This document shows positions 44,390-53,945 of a DNA stretch of 64,000 bases, one piece after another. Position numbers and translations under genes: made by a program. A model generated the notes under the pieces. The model ran no database searches and was not told where the DNA came from. It saw only the letters and a program-made list of their open reading frames with translations. Numbering within the stretch: position 1 is the first letter of the stretch; each line of letters starts with the position of its first letter. Location: sequence record NC_061450.1. One strand, given 5' to 3'.

Positions 44390-45340
44390 ATGTTCCATAA
44401 CGTTAACACCAAAACCGTAACTGATTTCCCTGATCGCGTACTGCTTGAGCAACGCATTCGTCCTGTTGTTGAAGGACTGAATACCGGCCTTGACGTTCAC
44501 ATCAAGATATTCTCATGCGAGTGGCTGGTACCAGTCGATCACAATACAGGTGAGTTTCTTCGCGTAGAAGACGTGCTGCGTTTACTGCGCCGTAGCGTGG
44601 GCAACAAAGAACAAGGTGTTGGCACTGATCAGCACGCACGAAACTTCCTGCATCAGGTTAAAGATAGTCTCAGCATTGGACGCGCAACGCTGTATTCTCG
44701 TTATGCTCGCAGCCTGATGGCCAATTGCCTGCGTCGTCTGAACCCAAGCTATGACCATGTGTCACTGATTCAGATGGGTGACTACAACGTTCTGTACTTT
44801 GCCAACTCAGACAGTGAAGGCCGGCATGACGCCTCGTATAATGTGATTGGTTTGCTGTGTCCTCATGTAGAGCCTGACTGGCGTATGGATGACTTCTGCC
44901 GTCGCGAAGTTCAGCTTTATCAACATGACCTGTATGGGGATCGGGGTCGTCCTTCACAGGAAGAATATGTCCGAGAGAAAGGCTTTGATGAAATGTCGGA
45001 CAGTGAACTGCGTGAACATGCCTATCGTCTAAGCACGTTCGCCTGCCTCAACTCGTATCATCGTCTGACACGACAAGGCACGTATGCATTGCTGTATTCG
45101 TATGCGTTTGGTATACGCCCTCGACCAAACTTGTCGATTGAAGATCGCCTGACGATCTTGCCTCAGCGAATCCAAGATAAGAAAGTGACGGTTCAAGAGG
45201 CATTCTATTGGTTCCGCGTGCTGGGATGTAATCACGCGGTTGCATTACAGGATAGCTGGCGTGATGCCTATCGCAGCCTGTTGTTGACCCAAGTTCTTGA
45301 GTACGTGGAATATGCAGGCAAAGCTAAAACAACAGATTAA
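44390..45340 (+). CDS. Hypothetical protein
   Basis: TAAGGAG RBS, ATG 44390. Confidence 0.8.
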   Translation: MFHNVNTKTVTDFPDRVLLEQRIRPVVEGLNTGLDVHIKIFSCEWLVPVDHNTGEFLRVEDVLRLLRRSVGNKEQGVGTDQHARNFLHQVKDSLSIGRATLYSRYARSLMANCLRRLNPSYDHVSLIQMGDYNVLYFANSDSEGRHDASYNVIGLLCPHVEPDWRMDDFCRREVQLYQHDLYGDRGRPSQEEYVREKGFDEMSDSELREHAYRLSTFACLNSYHRLTRQGTYALLYSYAFGIRPRPNLSIEDRLTILPQRIQDKKVTVQEAFYWFRVLGCNHAVALQDSWRDAYRSLLLTQVLEYVEYAGKAKTTD

Positions 45341-45644
45341 GCACAAGGCTCACGCCGCGTCTGGAACGCATGTGGTGTATCAAGATGAGATACACCAGTT
45401 CGATAGCTTGATCACAACTCTGCGATTGGCTGTTGAGACCAATCCCAACATCAACAATAAAAAGTTTGCGCGTGTTGTGCGAGACCTTATTAACAACAAT
45501 CAGTATGGCACTTCGGAAGAGGTGCTTGCTGTGTTGGTAGTGCTGTATAAAAGCTCCAACCCCCTTCGAGACTTTGCAAAGCTCAGTGAAGATGCCTTGC
45601 TGTCTCGCGACGATGACAAACAGATAATGGTGGACATAGACTGA
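45312..45644 (+). CDS. Hypothetical protein
   Basis: ORF tiling between neighbours. Confidence 0.6.
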   Translation: MQAKLKQQIKHKAHAASGTHVVYQDEIHQFDSLITTLRLAVETNPNINNKKFARVVRDLINNNQYGTSEEVLAVLVVLYKSSNPLRDFAKLSEDALLSRDDDKQIMVDID

Positions 45645-46984
45645 TGGCTAAAAAACCGAATAACCTGAATGAAAAAACAATGCGCGAACGTGAGAATGCC
45701 GCGTACAAGACGCTGGTTGACCAAGCGGTTGATTGGGATACCTTGCGTGCCCGTGCTCGTAATCGTCTGAGTGGCCTGATGCTTAGCCGTGAGGATATCG
45801 GTCATGGTCGTGCTGACCACAGCCTGATGCTGCTGGCAGCTTTGTGGCATATCACTCCACGTTCAATGCGTACATCCAGTTTTCCTGAGACTCGCATTCG
45901 TCAGTTTGGCGGCGAAGTCAAAGAGACTGTACCTGTGCATCAACTGTTTCCACCGATTGCAGTGCGTCGTGCCTGTGTAGTTGCTGCGTCACTGGAGCAG
46001 AGCCTGCTGGTTATCAAAGACCACTTGGGAGAACTGCTGACTGGCAACTACTACGACAAAGCCGTGTGGCGCTACACCAGTCTGCCTATCAGCCAAGCAA
46101 TTCCCAACTTCTGGCCTCACATCTATGGCATCTTGGGTAACATTGCTATCACACGCCACGCAACACTCAACGGCCAGGAGCTGGACTTGAACTGCACTGT
46201 TGACCTGTTAGCCAATTCTGTACGTCACTATTTTGCTACACATGGTCTGGCCGACTCGCTCAAGATCGACGACATGAATGTTGTGGACGACGTAACTATC
46301 TCACTGTTCCTGACAGATGACCTTCGTGGTCTACGTGTTCGCAGCGTGCCTCTGTTCCGCAACATTTACGATACTGACAACGATAGCGGTTATGCATCTG
46401 CGGCGTTTGATGCGATTGAGTCTCCGTATCGCAATGTAACTCGTCCAGACCAAGTTGATCCAGATGTGGACGATGAAGAGGACGATTTTGACGACGTTAC
46501 CTTCCTCAGTGCTTACCTTACTTCCAAATCTGAAAACGCTCCAGATGTGAATGAGATTCGCGGTGTGTTTCTTCCACAAGTAGATGGTACACCTGTTGTG
46601 CAGACGATTCAGTTCCGTAACACCAGCAAGTCTTCCCTGTTTCAAGACGTTGAAGACTTGGCGAGTATTGGATTTAGTATTGTGTGGCGTACACAGGAAC
46701 ACTGTGTCCGTAACCTGCTGCCTCGCGAACTGCTGGAACTCAGTGCAGCCCTGTATGAAGTGGCGGAAATCGATATCCCATCTGATACGGGATCTATGGG
46801 ACCTCAGCCTGTTCGTGCTACGCGTGCTCGCAAGACTAAGGCCAGAAAATTGCTTAGCCGTACAGACATGGCAAACCAGCTCATTTACGCCGGTGTTAAA
46901 CATCGCTCAGCATTAAGTCACATGACTGACGATGAGGTGCGTGAACTCTACAATTCGTATAAGAGCCGCGACTCGGACATCTAA
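45644..46984 (+). CDS. Hypothetical protein with C-terminal helix-loop-helix module
   Basis: 446 aa; TGATG coupling; C-terminus resembles that of 59616..61124. Confidence 0.8.
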   Translation: MAKKPNNLNEKTMRERENAAYKTLVDQAVDWDTLRARARNRLSGLMLSREDIGHGRADHSLMLLAALWHITPRSMRTSSFPETRIRQFGGEVKETVPVHQLFPPIAVRRACVVAASLEQSLLVIKDHLGELLTGNYYDKAVWRYTSLPISQAIPNFWPHIYGILGNIAITRHATLNGQELDLNCTVDLLANSVRHYFATHGLADSLKIDDMNVVDDVTISLFLTDDLRGLRVRSVPLFRNIYDTDNDSGYASAAFDAIESPYRNVTRPDQVDPDVDDEEDDFDDVTFLSAYLTSKSENAPDVNEIRGVFLPQVDGTPVVQTIQFRNTSKSSLFQDVEDLASIGFSIVWRTQEHCVRNLLPRELLELSAALYEVAEIDIPSDTGSMGPQPVRATRARKTKARKLLSRTDMANQLIYAGVKHRSALSHMTDDEVRELYNSYKSRDSDI

Positions 46985-46987
46985 TCT

Positions 46988-47040
46988 GCAAATCTGTGGA
47001 CGAAACACAGCTAGTAGCAAACGCCAGTCTGTGATATACT
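46988..47040 (+). promoter_or_regulatory. Promoter with conserved upstream box, copy 5
   Basis: GCAAATCTGTGGACGAAA-6nt-TAGTAG-17nt(TGA)-TATACT. Confidence 0.7.
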
Positions 47041-47122
47041 AGCTGTGCAGCATCGTCGCTGCATACTACACTATAGCTCTCGAAGCTATCAACGCGAAAG
47101 CGTTTTATGAAGGACTATTCAG

Positions 47123-47419
47123 ATGGCAATTTCTCGCAAAAAAGCAGTTGATTCGATGACCAAGGTTTACAGCGCAAATCACGGCCGTTACCAAGTAATG
47201 TTGATGAAAGAAGACATGGGACCTGAGTCCTTGTTTCCTTTTCGTGAGCATGTAATTGCCGACATTCAGCGCGGACGTAATCCTCAGGATGTTGTAGACA
47301 ACATGGTTGAAGCGGCTATTCGTACAACACTGTTGGAACGACGCATGTCCAATGCGTACAACCCTCAGTTGCGTGACGTTATATCCGACGAAGTCCGTGA
47401 TCTGTTAAATCAACTGTAA
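47123..47419 (+). CDS. Hypothetical protein
   Basis: AAGGA RBS; leader with three hairpins. Confidence 0.75.
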   Translation: MAISRKKAVDSMTKVYSANHGRYQVMLMKEDMGPESLFPFREHVIADIQRGRNPQDVVDNMVEAAIRTTLLERRMSNAYNPQLRDVISDEVRDLLNQL

Positions 47420-47431
47420 GGAAATGCTGTA

Positions 47432-47995
47432 ATGAAAAAAGAAACAAAGAAGGCACTGTTAGCTGTGGGTGCAGGTGCTGCGACTGCCTGCGCTGTTGTG
47501 GGTGCAGTTGTGTTTTTAGGTCGCAGTGATTCAACGCATAATGCGTCTGTTATCACACACGGCTTGAAAGAGCTGGGCAAATTAGTTGGTGGTGATAGCA
47601 TGTTGGCAGGTGTTGGTGTTGTAGCAACCGTACCTGTCGTTGCTGCCACTGCTGGTTATGGTGCAGGTCACTTTGTATTTGATGAAGATACAATCAACAA
47701 AGCTGCCGGTACTCCTCCACCCGCTGCAACTAACCCTGATCCAGAACCACGTTTCTCTGAATACAACGACATGACAGCCTTTGTCGATGCATTGCGTAAG
47801 TGGGAAGCACGCCAGCCTGATGCTGAGGAAGATATTGTTGCTCAGTATGATCGCTGGGAAGAGGCGCAACGTGCGCGTCGTGCTTCACAGCCTGTGCATC
47901 CGATGTATAAAGGCAAGGTAGTTTCGCTGGACGAAGCCCGTCGCATAAATGTTCTCGATTTTATCGACGAAGATGATCTGGACGAAGCAATCTAA
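47432..47995 (+). CDS. Putative membrane-associated protein
   Basis: Two Gly/Ala/Val-rich hydrophobic segments; TAAGGA RBS. Confidence 0.75.
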   Translation: MKKETKKALLAVGAGAATACAVVGAVVFLGRSDSTHNASVITHGLKELGKLVGGDSMLAGVGVVATVPVVAATAGYGAGHFVFDEDTINKAAGTPPPAATNPDPEPRFSEYNDMTAFVDALRKWEARQPDAEEDIVAQYDRWEEAQRARRASQPVHPMYKGKVVSLDEARRINVLDFIDEDDLDEAI

Positions 47996-48003
47996 ACATT
48001 CTT

Positions 48004-48029
48004 GGGCAGCCTTGCGGGTCTGCCCTTTT
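48004..48029 (+). terminator. Intrinsic terminator
   Basis: GGGCAG...CTGCCC-TTTT. Confidence 0.7.
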
Positions 48030-48051
48030 CAACACTAGGGAAAAACAAACT

Positions 48052-48654
48052 GTGAACAATTCAAAGGAACTTGTTATGGACTGGATGGCGCTGTACTTAT
48101 TTACTAATGTGCGTGCGGCACTTAATGTAGGCAAAAAAGCCGGTGCACCGCCAGAAGAGATCTGGAAGGCTTGCTACTCCTCTCAGATGCGTGCGCGTGA
48201 TTCCATCGACAATCCAAACAACACGCAGCCTGTATCAGAAGGCACCCGTGCGCTTGTTAGCGGTCTGCATCAGGCACTGTTCCCAATGGGAGACTCAATG
48301 ACTTTCTCCCAGCGCCTGATGATGCTTGAATTGTTCATCGAAGAAGAGATCTCAAAGTGTCTCGGCGGTAAGTACCTGTGGCCTCACATGTACACGGCTG
48401 AACACTTGCAGGCTCTGGGATTTCAAGAAACGGAACTCCCAGGATTCTATCGGGTACCTTATTACTTGATCGATAACCTGTCGCGTAATGTTATGTTGTT
48501 TGATGCTGGTGGTCAGGTTACAACAACTATTGAAGCTGCTGAACCCAAGTCTGGTTATGTACCGGATGATAGCGGTATGCTGCCTTTCGGTATGTGGGCG
48601 CTTGGTCAGATGCCTGATCAGCATAAAGAAAATTTCTTTTTGGAGAATCTTTGA
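48052..48654 (+). CDS. Hypothetical protein
   Basis: 200 aa; start may be ATG 48077. Confidence 0.75.
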   Translation: MNNSKELVMDWMALYLFTNVRAALNVGKKAGAPPEEIWKACYSSQMRARDSIDNPNNTQPVSEGTRALVSGLHQALFPMGDSMTFSQRLMMLELFIEEEISKCLGGKYLWPHMYTAEHLQALGFQETELPGFYRVPYYLIDNLSRNVMLFDAGGQVTTTIEAAEPKSGYVPDDSGMLPFGMWALGQMPDQHKENFFLENL

Positions 48655-49088
48655 TGGGCGTAGTTAAAGGTATTGATGCAAACAGCTTTCCTGCTCAGTC
48701 GCGTGACGTTGGTGTTAAGTCACTGCTTGAGACGCGGCGTGGTAATTTTCCTGCTGTTGCTGTTCGTCGTGACCGTGATGACCCAAACGATGTTATCTGG
48801 CGTATTGACGGTGAGACTTTGCCTCTGAGTATGAACTTTGGCCCAGACCAGCACGCTTTCATTTCACAGCGTGTCATGGATGAATATCCAGATGAGCAGT
48901 TCATTCGTGAGCGCCCTGAATACTGCAGGGAAGGCAAAACAACTCAAATCGGATTTCACTACGGTGACTATGCCTGTGAAGGTGTTTTCGTTTATGATCG
49001 AGGTCCGTTCACTGTCTTCCGTATCACGTCGGGTGCGCATGAAGGTCGCTATATCGGCGCACACGAATGCCAGTATAAACACGTTTGA
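48654..49088 (+). CDS. Hypothetical protein
   Basis: GGAG RBS, TGATG coupling. Confidence 0.7.
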   Translation: MGVVKGIDANSFPAQSRDVGVKSLLETRRGNFPAVAVRRDRDDPNDVIWRIDGETLPLSMNFGPDQHAFISQRVMDEYPDEQFIRERPEYCREGKTTQIGFHYGDYACEGVFVYDRGPFTVFRITSGAHEGRYIGAHECQYKHV

Positions 49089-49098
49089 GGGCAGTCTA

Positions 49099-49359
49099 AT
49101 GGTTATAACCAACCGCGATAAATTCAGAAAGCTGTTTGCCGATGACAACACGCATTACGTTAGTCTTATGACAGCCGACGGTCAGGGCCAAGATGTTGGC
49201 TACATGAACTCACCACTCGAAGTACAGGCTGCCGTGCTTAACTTTGCCTACTCTCGTGGTGTGAATCGAGTCACAGCGACTTTTGGTCGCAACGTTATGG
49301 CGGACCCAGATGTGATCCTGGTGTTCCATGTTAGCTACGACGTTAAGATTGAGGATTGA
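49099..49359 (+). CDS. Hypothetical protein
   Basis: GAGGG RBS, ATG 49099. Confidence 0.65.
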   Translation: MVITNRDKFRKLFADDNTHYVSLMTADGQGQDVGYMNSPLEVQAAVLNFAYSRGVNRVTATFGRNVMADPDVILVFHVSYDVKIED

Positions 49360-49361
49360 TC

Positions 49362-49550
49362 ATGAGTATCTATAAAATCCTTATCATTACCAGCCGAGAG
49401 AACAACAACGTTGGTGGTGTTGGTGTTAGTCAAATTGTTGTTGACTACCCGAACAAGTCCGCTGCTGATGAAGCGGCACGAAACCTTAAATTCGCTCAGG
49501 ATGAAAACAAAACTGGGCCTCATACTGTCACAATGATCAAACTGTATTAA
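49362..49550 (+). CDS. Small hypothetical protein
   Basis: GAGGA RBS. Confidence 0.6.
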   Translation: MSIYKILIITSRENNNVGGVGVSQIVVDYPNKSAADEAARNLKFAQDENKTGPHTVTMIKLY

Positions 49551-49559
49551 GGAACAAAG

Positions 49560-50063
49560 ATGCAGATTCAAATCCAACCAACTGGCAACATCGAAAACTT
49601 CATCGCACCGAAGCGCGGCTCAGCCCATGCTGCTGGTCTGGATATCTTTGCTCAGGAAGATATGCTTATCAGCGAAGAGACCCATCTGTTTGACCTGGGT
49701 TTCAAAGCAGCACTGATCTGTCCTGAAGGTACCAACTATGTTGCTGTGCTGGTACCACGCTCAGGCTCAGGCGCCAAGTACAACGTGCAACTGTCTAACA
49801 CTCTGGGTGTTATCGACAGCGACTATCGCGGTGAGTGGAAAGCAGCTATCCACCTCGGTGGTAAAGGTACAGAGAAAAAATCTCTGGAGCACTGGAACGG
49901 CGAACGCTATGTCAACACTCTTGAGTTCAAACGTGGTGAAGCTATCTGCCAGATGATCTTTATCGAAGTACCTCTGGTCGATGTGCTGGTCAGCGCAGAC
50001 GAACTGCCTGAGACTGGCCGTGGTGATGGTGGCTTTGGTTCTACCGACAAGCCACGCGTTTAA
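49560..50063 (+). CDS. dut: dUTPase (trimeric)
   Basis: Motifs GSAHAAGLDI, VPRSG, GVIDSDYRGE, ICQM, RGDGGFGST. Confidence 0.95.
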   Translation: MQIQIQPTGNIENFIAPKRGSAHAAGLDIFAQEDMLISEETHLFDLGFKAALICPEGTNYVAVLVPRSGSGAKYNVQLSNTLGVIDSDYRGEWKAAIHLGGKGTEKKSLEHWNGERYVNTLEFKRGEAICQMIFIEVPLVDVLVSADELPETGRGDGGFGSTDKPRV

Positions 50064-50125
50064 GCATTATCTGATACCGTGCGTCTTGCGGGGCGCACGT
50101 ACTCCGTTACTAATTTCACCAATCG

Positions 50126-50134
50126 GTGTAAATA
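50126..50134 (+). promoter_or_regulatory. GTGTAAATA motif upstream of operon containing transglycosylase
   Basis: Recurrent gene-junction motif. Confidence 0.4.
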
Positions 50135-50153
50135 TGAGTATTGAGACGAGACT

Positions 50154-50465
50154 ATGCCAAAAAAGTATTTACTGCCGAGAGAACGTCCAAGCCCACTTGT
50201 GAATCTCAGGGCCTATTTGCTGCATTGTGCCAAGAAGCCCAATGACCACCGTGAGGTGTTTAAGCATTACTACCAAAAGAGTCAGCGCCTGCTACACAAA
50301 CAGCGCTTCTTCCTAGGTAACTTGTTTGGTCACAAGTTAAAGACCAAGAAAGGCGCAGTTCGTTATACAGTGATTTGGATTGATCCATATAACTTCGACT
50401 GCTTAGTATTAGACCACGTGGAGAAGCTGCCCAAATTCAAAAACCTTTACGGCCTGATTCTTTAG
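50154..50465 (+). CDS. Basic hypothetical protein
   Basis: 103-aa ORF. Confidence 0.65.
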   Translation: MPKKYLLPRERPSPLVNLRAYLLHCAKKPNDHREVFKHYYQKSQRLLHKQRFFLGNLFGHKLKTKKGAVRYTVIWIDPYNFDCLVLDHVEKLPKFKNLYGLIL

Positions 50466-50505
50466 ACAGGTCCTAGCGCCGATTTCACTAGGAGACACTT
50501 CTTCA

Positions 50506-51177
50506 ATGGTAACTATCATCAACAATCGCACCGACGAGGTAATAAGACGCCTGAACGTCACCATCTGGACACTAGCTGCTATGCTGTTCTGTTTCTACAG
50601 CGTTGTGGTCAGCTATCAGGCAAACGCAAGTCTTTCGACTGAACCCAACAACAATATCTCCCTACAAGACTCGGTATCATTGGACCCTGCCAACCGAGTT
50701 GCATTACAGGTGTTAGAAAGACAGGAGCGACAGCGAGAAGCTAAACGCGCCTTAGCCGCATCACCAAGTCACAAGCGGCTCAATGCTATTTATTCACATT
50801 TACCGCGGCCCAAAGACCTTGGCCTTGAATTTGATCGCGCTGCCAAGAAGTACAACGTAAGCGCAAGATTGCTGCTGTCAATGTGTGTCGCAGAGTCTCA
50901 TCTAGGCGTTAGGAAACGCAACAGTAGTGGGGCAACAGGCATTTGTCAGATCATTCCGTCTCAACACGGAACAACGGCCCGAGCCATGTACGATTATCGC
51001 AAGAACATCGACTTGGCAGCCAAAATACTCAGTGACTACTCAAAGCAGTGTGGGGGTCAGTGGTGTGCAGTGCAAGCCTACAATGTGGGAATCACAGCAT
51101 ACAAGAAAGGCGTAAGAGCAAGAGGCTACTTAGCTACGGTTAAGCAGGAATACAACAAACAAATCAGGTCCATCTGA
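50506..51177 (+). CDS. Lytic transglycosylase (SLT domain) with N-terminal membrane anchor
   Basis: VAES catalytic Glu, GATGICQI, AYNVG; hydrophobic helix aa ~17-36; TAGGAG RBS. Confidence 0.85.
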   Translation: MVTIINNRTDEVIRRLNVTIWTLAAMLFCFYSVVVSYQANASLSTEPNNNISLQDSVSLDPANRVALQVLERQERQREAKRALAASPSHKRLNAIYSHLPRPKDLGLEFDRAAKKYNVSARLLLSMCVAESHLGVRKRNSSGATGICQIIPSQHGTTARAMYDYRKNIDLAAKILSDYSKQCGGQWCAVQAYNVGITAYKKGVRARGYLATVKQEYNKQIRSI

Positions 51178-51187
51178 GGAGCAACGA

Positions 51188-51823
51188 ATGAAAATCAATT
51201 TAGAACAACTCTATTTGTTACAGTGTGAAGTCCTGCGTCCATTTTCACCAACTCAGGAATTTGCGTTACTCAATCTCGTGGTCGATAACGTTAGCGAAGC
51301 CGAGCTGGAAGAGTTTGGTGCTGATGTTGTTCAGGCTTTCCCGCACATGCAACGTCTGTACTCAGGCTTTATCAATGCCAGCCAGAACATCCCTAACATC
51401 ATGCCTTTCGCCGTGCCTGTCATGGACAGTGAAAGCGCATTGCAAGATGTTCTTGCCGACACCGAGACTGGACTTAACTTGAGTCCTGCATTGATTGGCA
51501 TTCTTACTCGGGCCTGTAGTCGTGTTCCTGTTGCCGAGCCTCACGTTGATGAACTCAACTTTCCTGTTGAGCACGCGCCTGCACTGACACCTGAGATCAT
51601 TGCTCAGTTGGCATTGTCTGCTATTCGTTATGGCTTGGCACCCATCGTTGTTCGTCCCACCAGAGAGCAACGCAACAACCGTGCTAACTGGTCGCTGAAT
51701 TGCTCTAAGCTGTTTGGCACAAAGTTCGTTGAAGAAAATCCACTATCGCCTACTCAGCGTCTTGAGTATCGCGTTTGTGGTCGCAGCACTCTTGAGATTG
51801 CGCGTCTGCAATCTGTAAACTAA
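51188..51823 (+). CDS. Hypothetical protein
   Basis: GAGGAG RBS. Confidence 0.8.
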   Translation: MKINLEQLYLLQCEVLRPFSPTQEFALLNLVVDNVSEAELEEFGADVVQAFPHMQRLYSGFINASQNIPNIMPFAVPVMDSESALQDVLADTETGLNLSPALIGILTRACSRVPVAEPHVDELNFPVEHAPALTPEIIAQLALSAIRYGLAPIVVRPTREQRNNRANWSLNCSKLFGTKFVEENPLSPTQRLEYRVCGRSTLEIARLQSVN

Positions 51824-51834
51824 GCATGTCCATT

Positions 51835-51861
51835 GGGAGACTCTTCGGGGTCTCCCTTTTT
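51835..51861 (+). terminator. Intrinsic terminator (UUCG hairpin)
   Basis: GGGAGACTC-TTCG-GGGTCTCCC-TTTTT. Confidence 0.85.
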
Positions 51862-51882
51862 ACTTTTCACAGGAAAAACGAT

Positions 51883-52650
51883 ATGAATATTCAAGGCATG
51901 AACTTCTTCCAGCTCCAGCAAAAGATCGATGAAGTATTCGACCACGCTATCATGCATCTTGGCTTGGAGGAGATGTGGGAGTACGTTGTCAAGAACAACA
52001 AAAGTGGTAGCCACTATAACTATCACTCAACTCGCCACATGAAAGAAATGGCAACCATCGCCTACTGGTTGTTAAATCGCAGCTACTATCAACAGGCATT
52101 CCAAAGTCCCGACGCTATCTGGGCTTACGATCAATGCAAGGCAATGATGGCTGCCTGTCTGATTCACGACATGAACCACAGTCTGGGCCGCAAAGACGAC
52201 GATTACAATATCACTCAGGCAATTGATGCACTGATCGCCATGATGCAACAGCACCCTTACGCCTTGACCTTCCTCAGCGTGGACAGTGTGCAGATTGCAG
52301 AAGTGGAACGCAACATCCGTATCACGCGCTTCCCGTACTCAGACGACATGCAACCAAACACTATCTACCAGAAGTGCATTCGTGATGCGGACATCCTGTA
52401 TTCAATGCAGGACTCTGCGGCTAAGGCTGTGGTAGATAACCTGCGCCTTGAAATGGGCATTCGCTTTGACAAGTATCGTACCTGCACTCGTCAGGAGTTT
52501 ATTGCAGACCGTATGCCGTTTATCAAGACCTGCAAGATGTTCACTCAAGCGGCGCAGGACGTTATGCGCCAGCAGCTTGAGTTCGGTGCGCATGAAGTTC
52601 ACTTACTCTCGTATGCGGCTGATGCCGACGCTACTGATAACAGCAAATAA
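51883..52650 (+). CDS. HD-domain metal-dependent phosphohydrolase
   Basis: YHSTRH, LIHDMNH, IRDAD motifs. Confidence 0.8.
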   Translation: MNIQGMNFFQLQQKIDEVFDHAIMHLGLEEMWEYVVKNNKSGSHYNYHSTRHMKEMATIAYWLLNRSYYQQAFQSPDAIWAYDQCKAMMAACLIHDMNHSLGRKDDDYNITQAIDALIAMMQQHPYALTFLSVDSVQIAEVERNIRITRFPYSDDMQPNTIYQKCIRDADILYSMQDSAAKAVVDNLRLEMGIRFDKYRTCTRQEFIADRMPFIKTCKMFTQAAQDVMRQQLEFGAHEVHLLSYAADADATDNSK

Positions 52651-52695
52651 CTGGCTATAATAGGCGTAGAATACGAGGTCTGCGCCTGATATAAT
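52643..52695 (+). promoter_or_regulatory. Promoter with conserved upstream box, copy 6 (degenerate box)
   Basis: GCAAATAACTGGCTATAA-6nt-TAGAAT-17nt(TGA)-TATAAT. Confidence 0.65.
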
Positions 52696-52724
52696 AAAAG
52701 CTCAACACAAAGAGGGCTTGCATA

Positions 52725-52925
52725 GTGGACATTCTTCTCACGTTGAGCAAGATGGGATTCTATGTGCTGGGCATGATAACGCTTGGTGCTCATCTTCTCA
52801 CAATCGTTTATCGCACGATCAAGATTCATGATTGGCGTGCTAAACGAAAGGCTAAAAAGCCAAAGTCACAACTTGATATTCTTCGCAAGCGTCTGGCTCG
52901 CCAGCGCAAATCAATTCTCCGTTAG
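52725..52925 (+). CDS. Small membrane protein with basic C-terminus
   Basis: One TM helix then K/R-rich tail. Confidence 0.65.
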   Translation: MDILLTLSKMGFYVLGMITLGAHLLTIVYRTIKIHDWRAKRKAKKPKSQLDILRKRLARQRKSILR

Positions 52926-52933
52926 AGGTAAGT

Positions 52934-53500
52934 ATGAAAAAAGAACTCCGTGAAAATATGCGTAACGTGGCAGCCAACTATGAAGGCCGTGAAGAAACGC
53001 GCCGTCAAACAACGCTGATCGCCGAGACTATGTTTGGTGCCAGCCTGTTTCATTCTGGTCCAACCAGCCCCTTGTCCATGCGCAAGGATATCGTTAGCGT
53101 CCACGAAATCATCTTGATTCGTACCGAGCCGACCTATGCACGCCTGAATAAAGAACTGAACAAGTTGGGCTTCCGTACTGATTACTTGTCCGCCGATGTT
53201 AAAGGCTATGCGCAGTATGCCACCATGTACCTTCAGGAGATGGAACGTCACGTTCAGTGGGCAGATACAATCTCAGCCCTGAACGAGGCAGATGTTCTCG
53301 AATGCGCATTCATTCCTGTGTATCTCGATCCACTCGGTGCGCGTGTGCTGGTATACACTCAAACCAGCTCCGTACACAATGCGGATGAAGTTGCGGAACT
53401 GCGTGACCTGTTCTTGGCAAAGAAAATGCCAGCGTATTTCAAATCCCACAATATGATCGTTGAAGCTGTTAACCCAATCTATGAGCGCAAGGAGAAGTAA
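52934..53500 (+). CDS. Hypothetical protein
   Basis: GAGGT RBS. Confidence 0.8.
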   Translation: MKKELRENMRNVAANYEGREETRRQTTLIAETMFGASLFHSGPTSPLSMRKDIVSVHEIILIRTEPTYARLNKELNKLGFRTDYLSADVKGYAQYATMYLQEMERHVQWADTISALNEADVLECAFIPVYLDPLGARVLVYTQTSSVHNADEVAELRDLFLAKKMPAYFKSHNMIVEAVNPIYERKEK

Positions 53501-53501
53501 C

Positions 53502-53945
53502 ATGAGCAAGCAATTAAAGTTTGATGAACGGCGTAAGGCAGTTGTTCAACTCAGTGCATGGTTCACGATGACTGAGGAAAATCTCAAGGCGTTTGGTGAT
53601 TGCGCTCACGAACACAGATACAGTAATGCCCGTGAGCATCAGGCACATCTGGGCATGTTGCAAATGAATGTCCACCGTACAATGCACAGTGAAGGCATGA
53701 CGGACGAAAGTGGCCTGTGCGCTTGTCTAACTTTTACCGAAATCACCAGCACAGGCACCCGTGCAGAAATCCTGCTGTTCTCTGATATGACGGATATGGG
53801 TGGCTTCCGCGCTGACTACTGCCACATGCAGGACTTGCTGCGCCGTGTTGCTGATGAGAACGGATTTAAATACTCCTCACTCTGGACATTCGTCGCTCCT
53901 GAGTACCGTAAAGACACAGAGTTCATGGAGTTGCTAGATGCCTAA
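53502..53945 (+). CDS. Hypothetical protein
   Basis: AAGGAG RBS, ATG 53502. Confidence 0.75.
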   Translation: MSKQLKFDERRKAVVQLSAWFTMTEENLKAFGDCAHEHRYSNAREHQAHLGMLQMNVHRTMHSEGMTDESGLCACLTFTEITSTGTRAEILLFSDMTDMGGFRADYCHMQDLLRRVADENGFKYSSLWTFVAPEYRKDTEFMELLDA

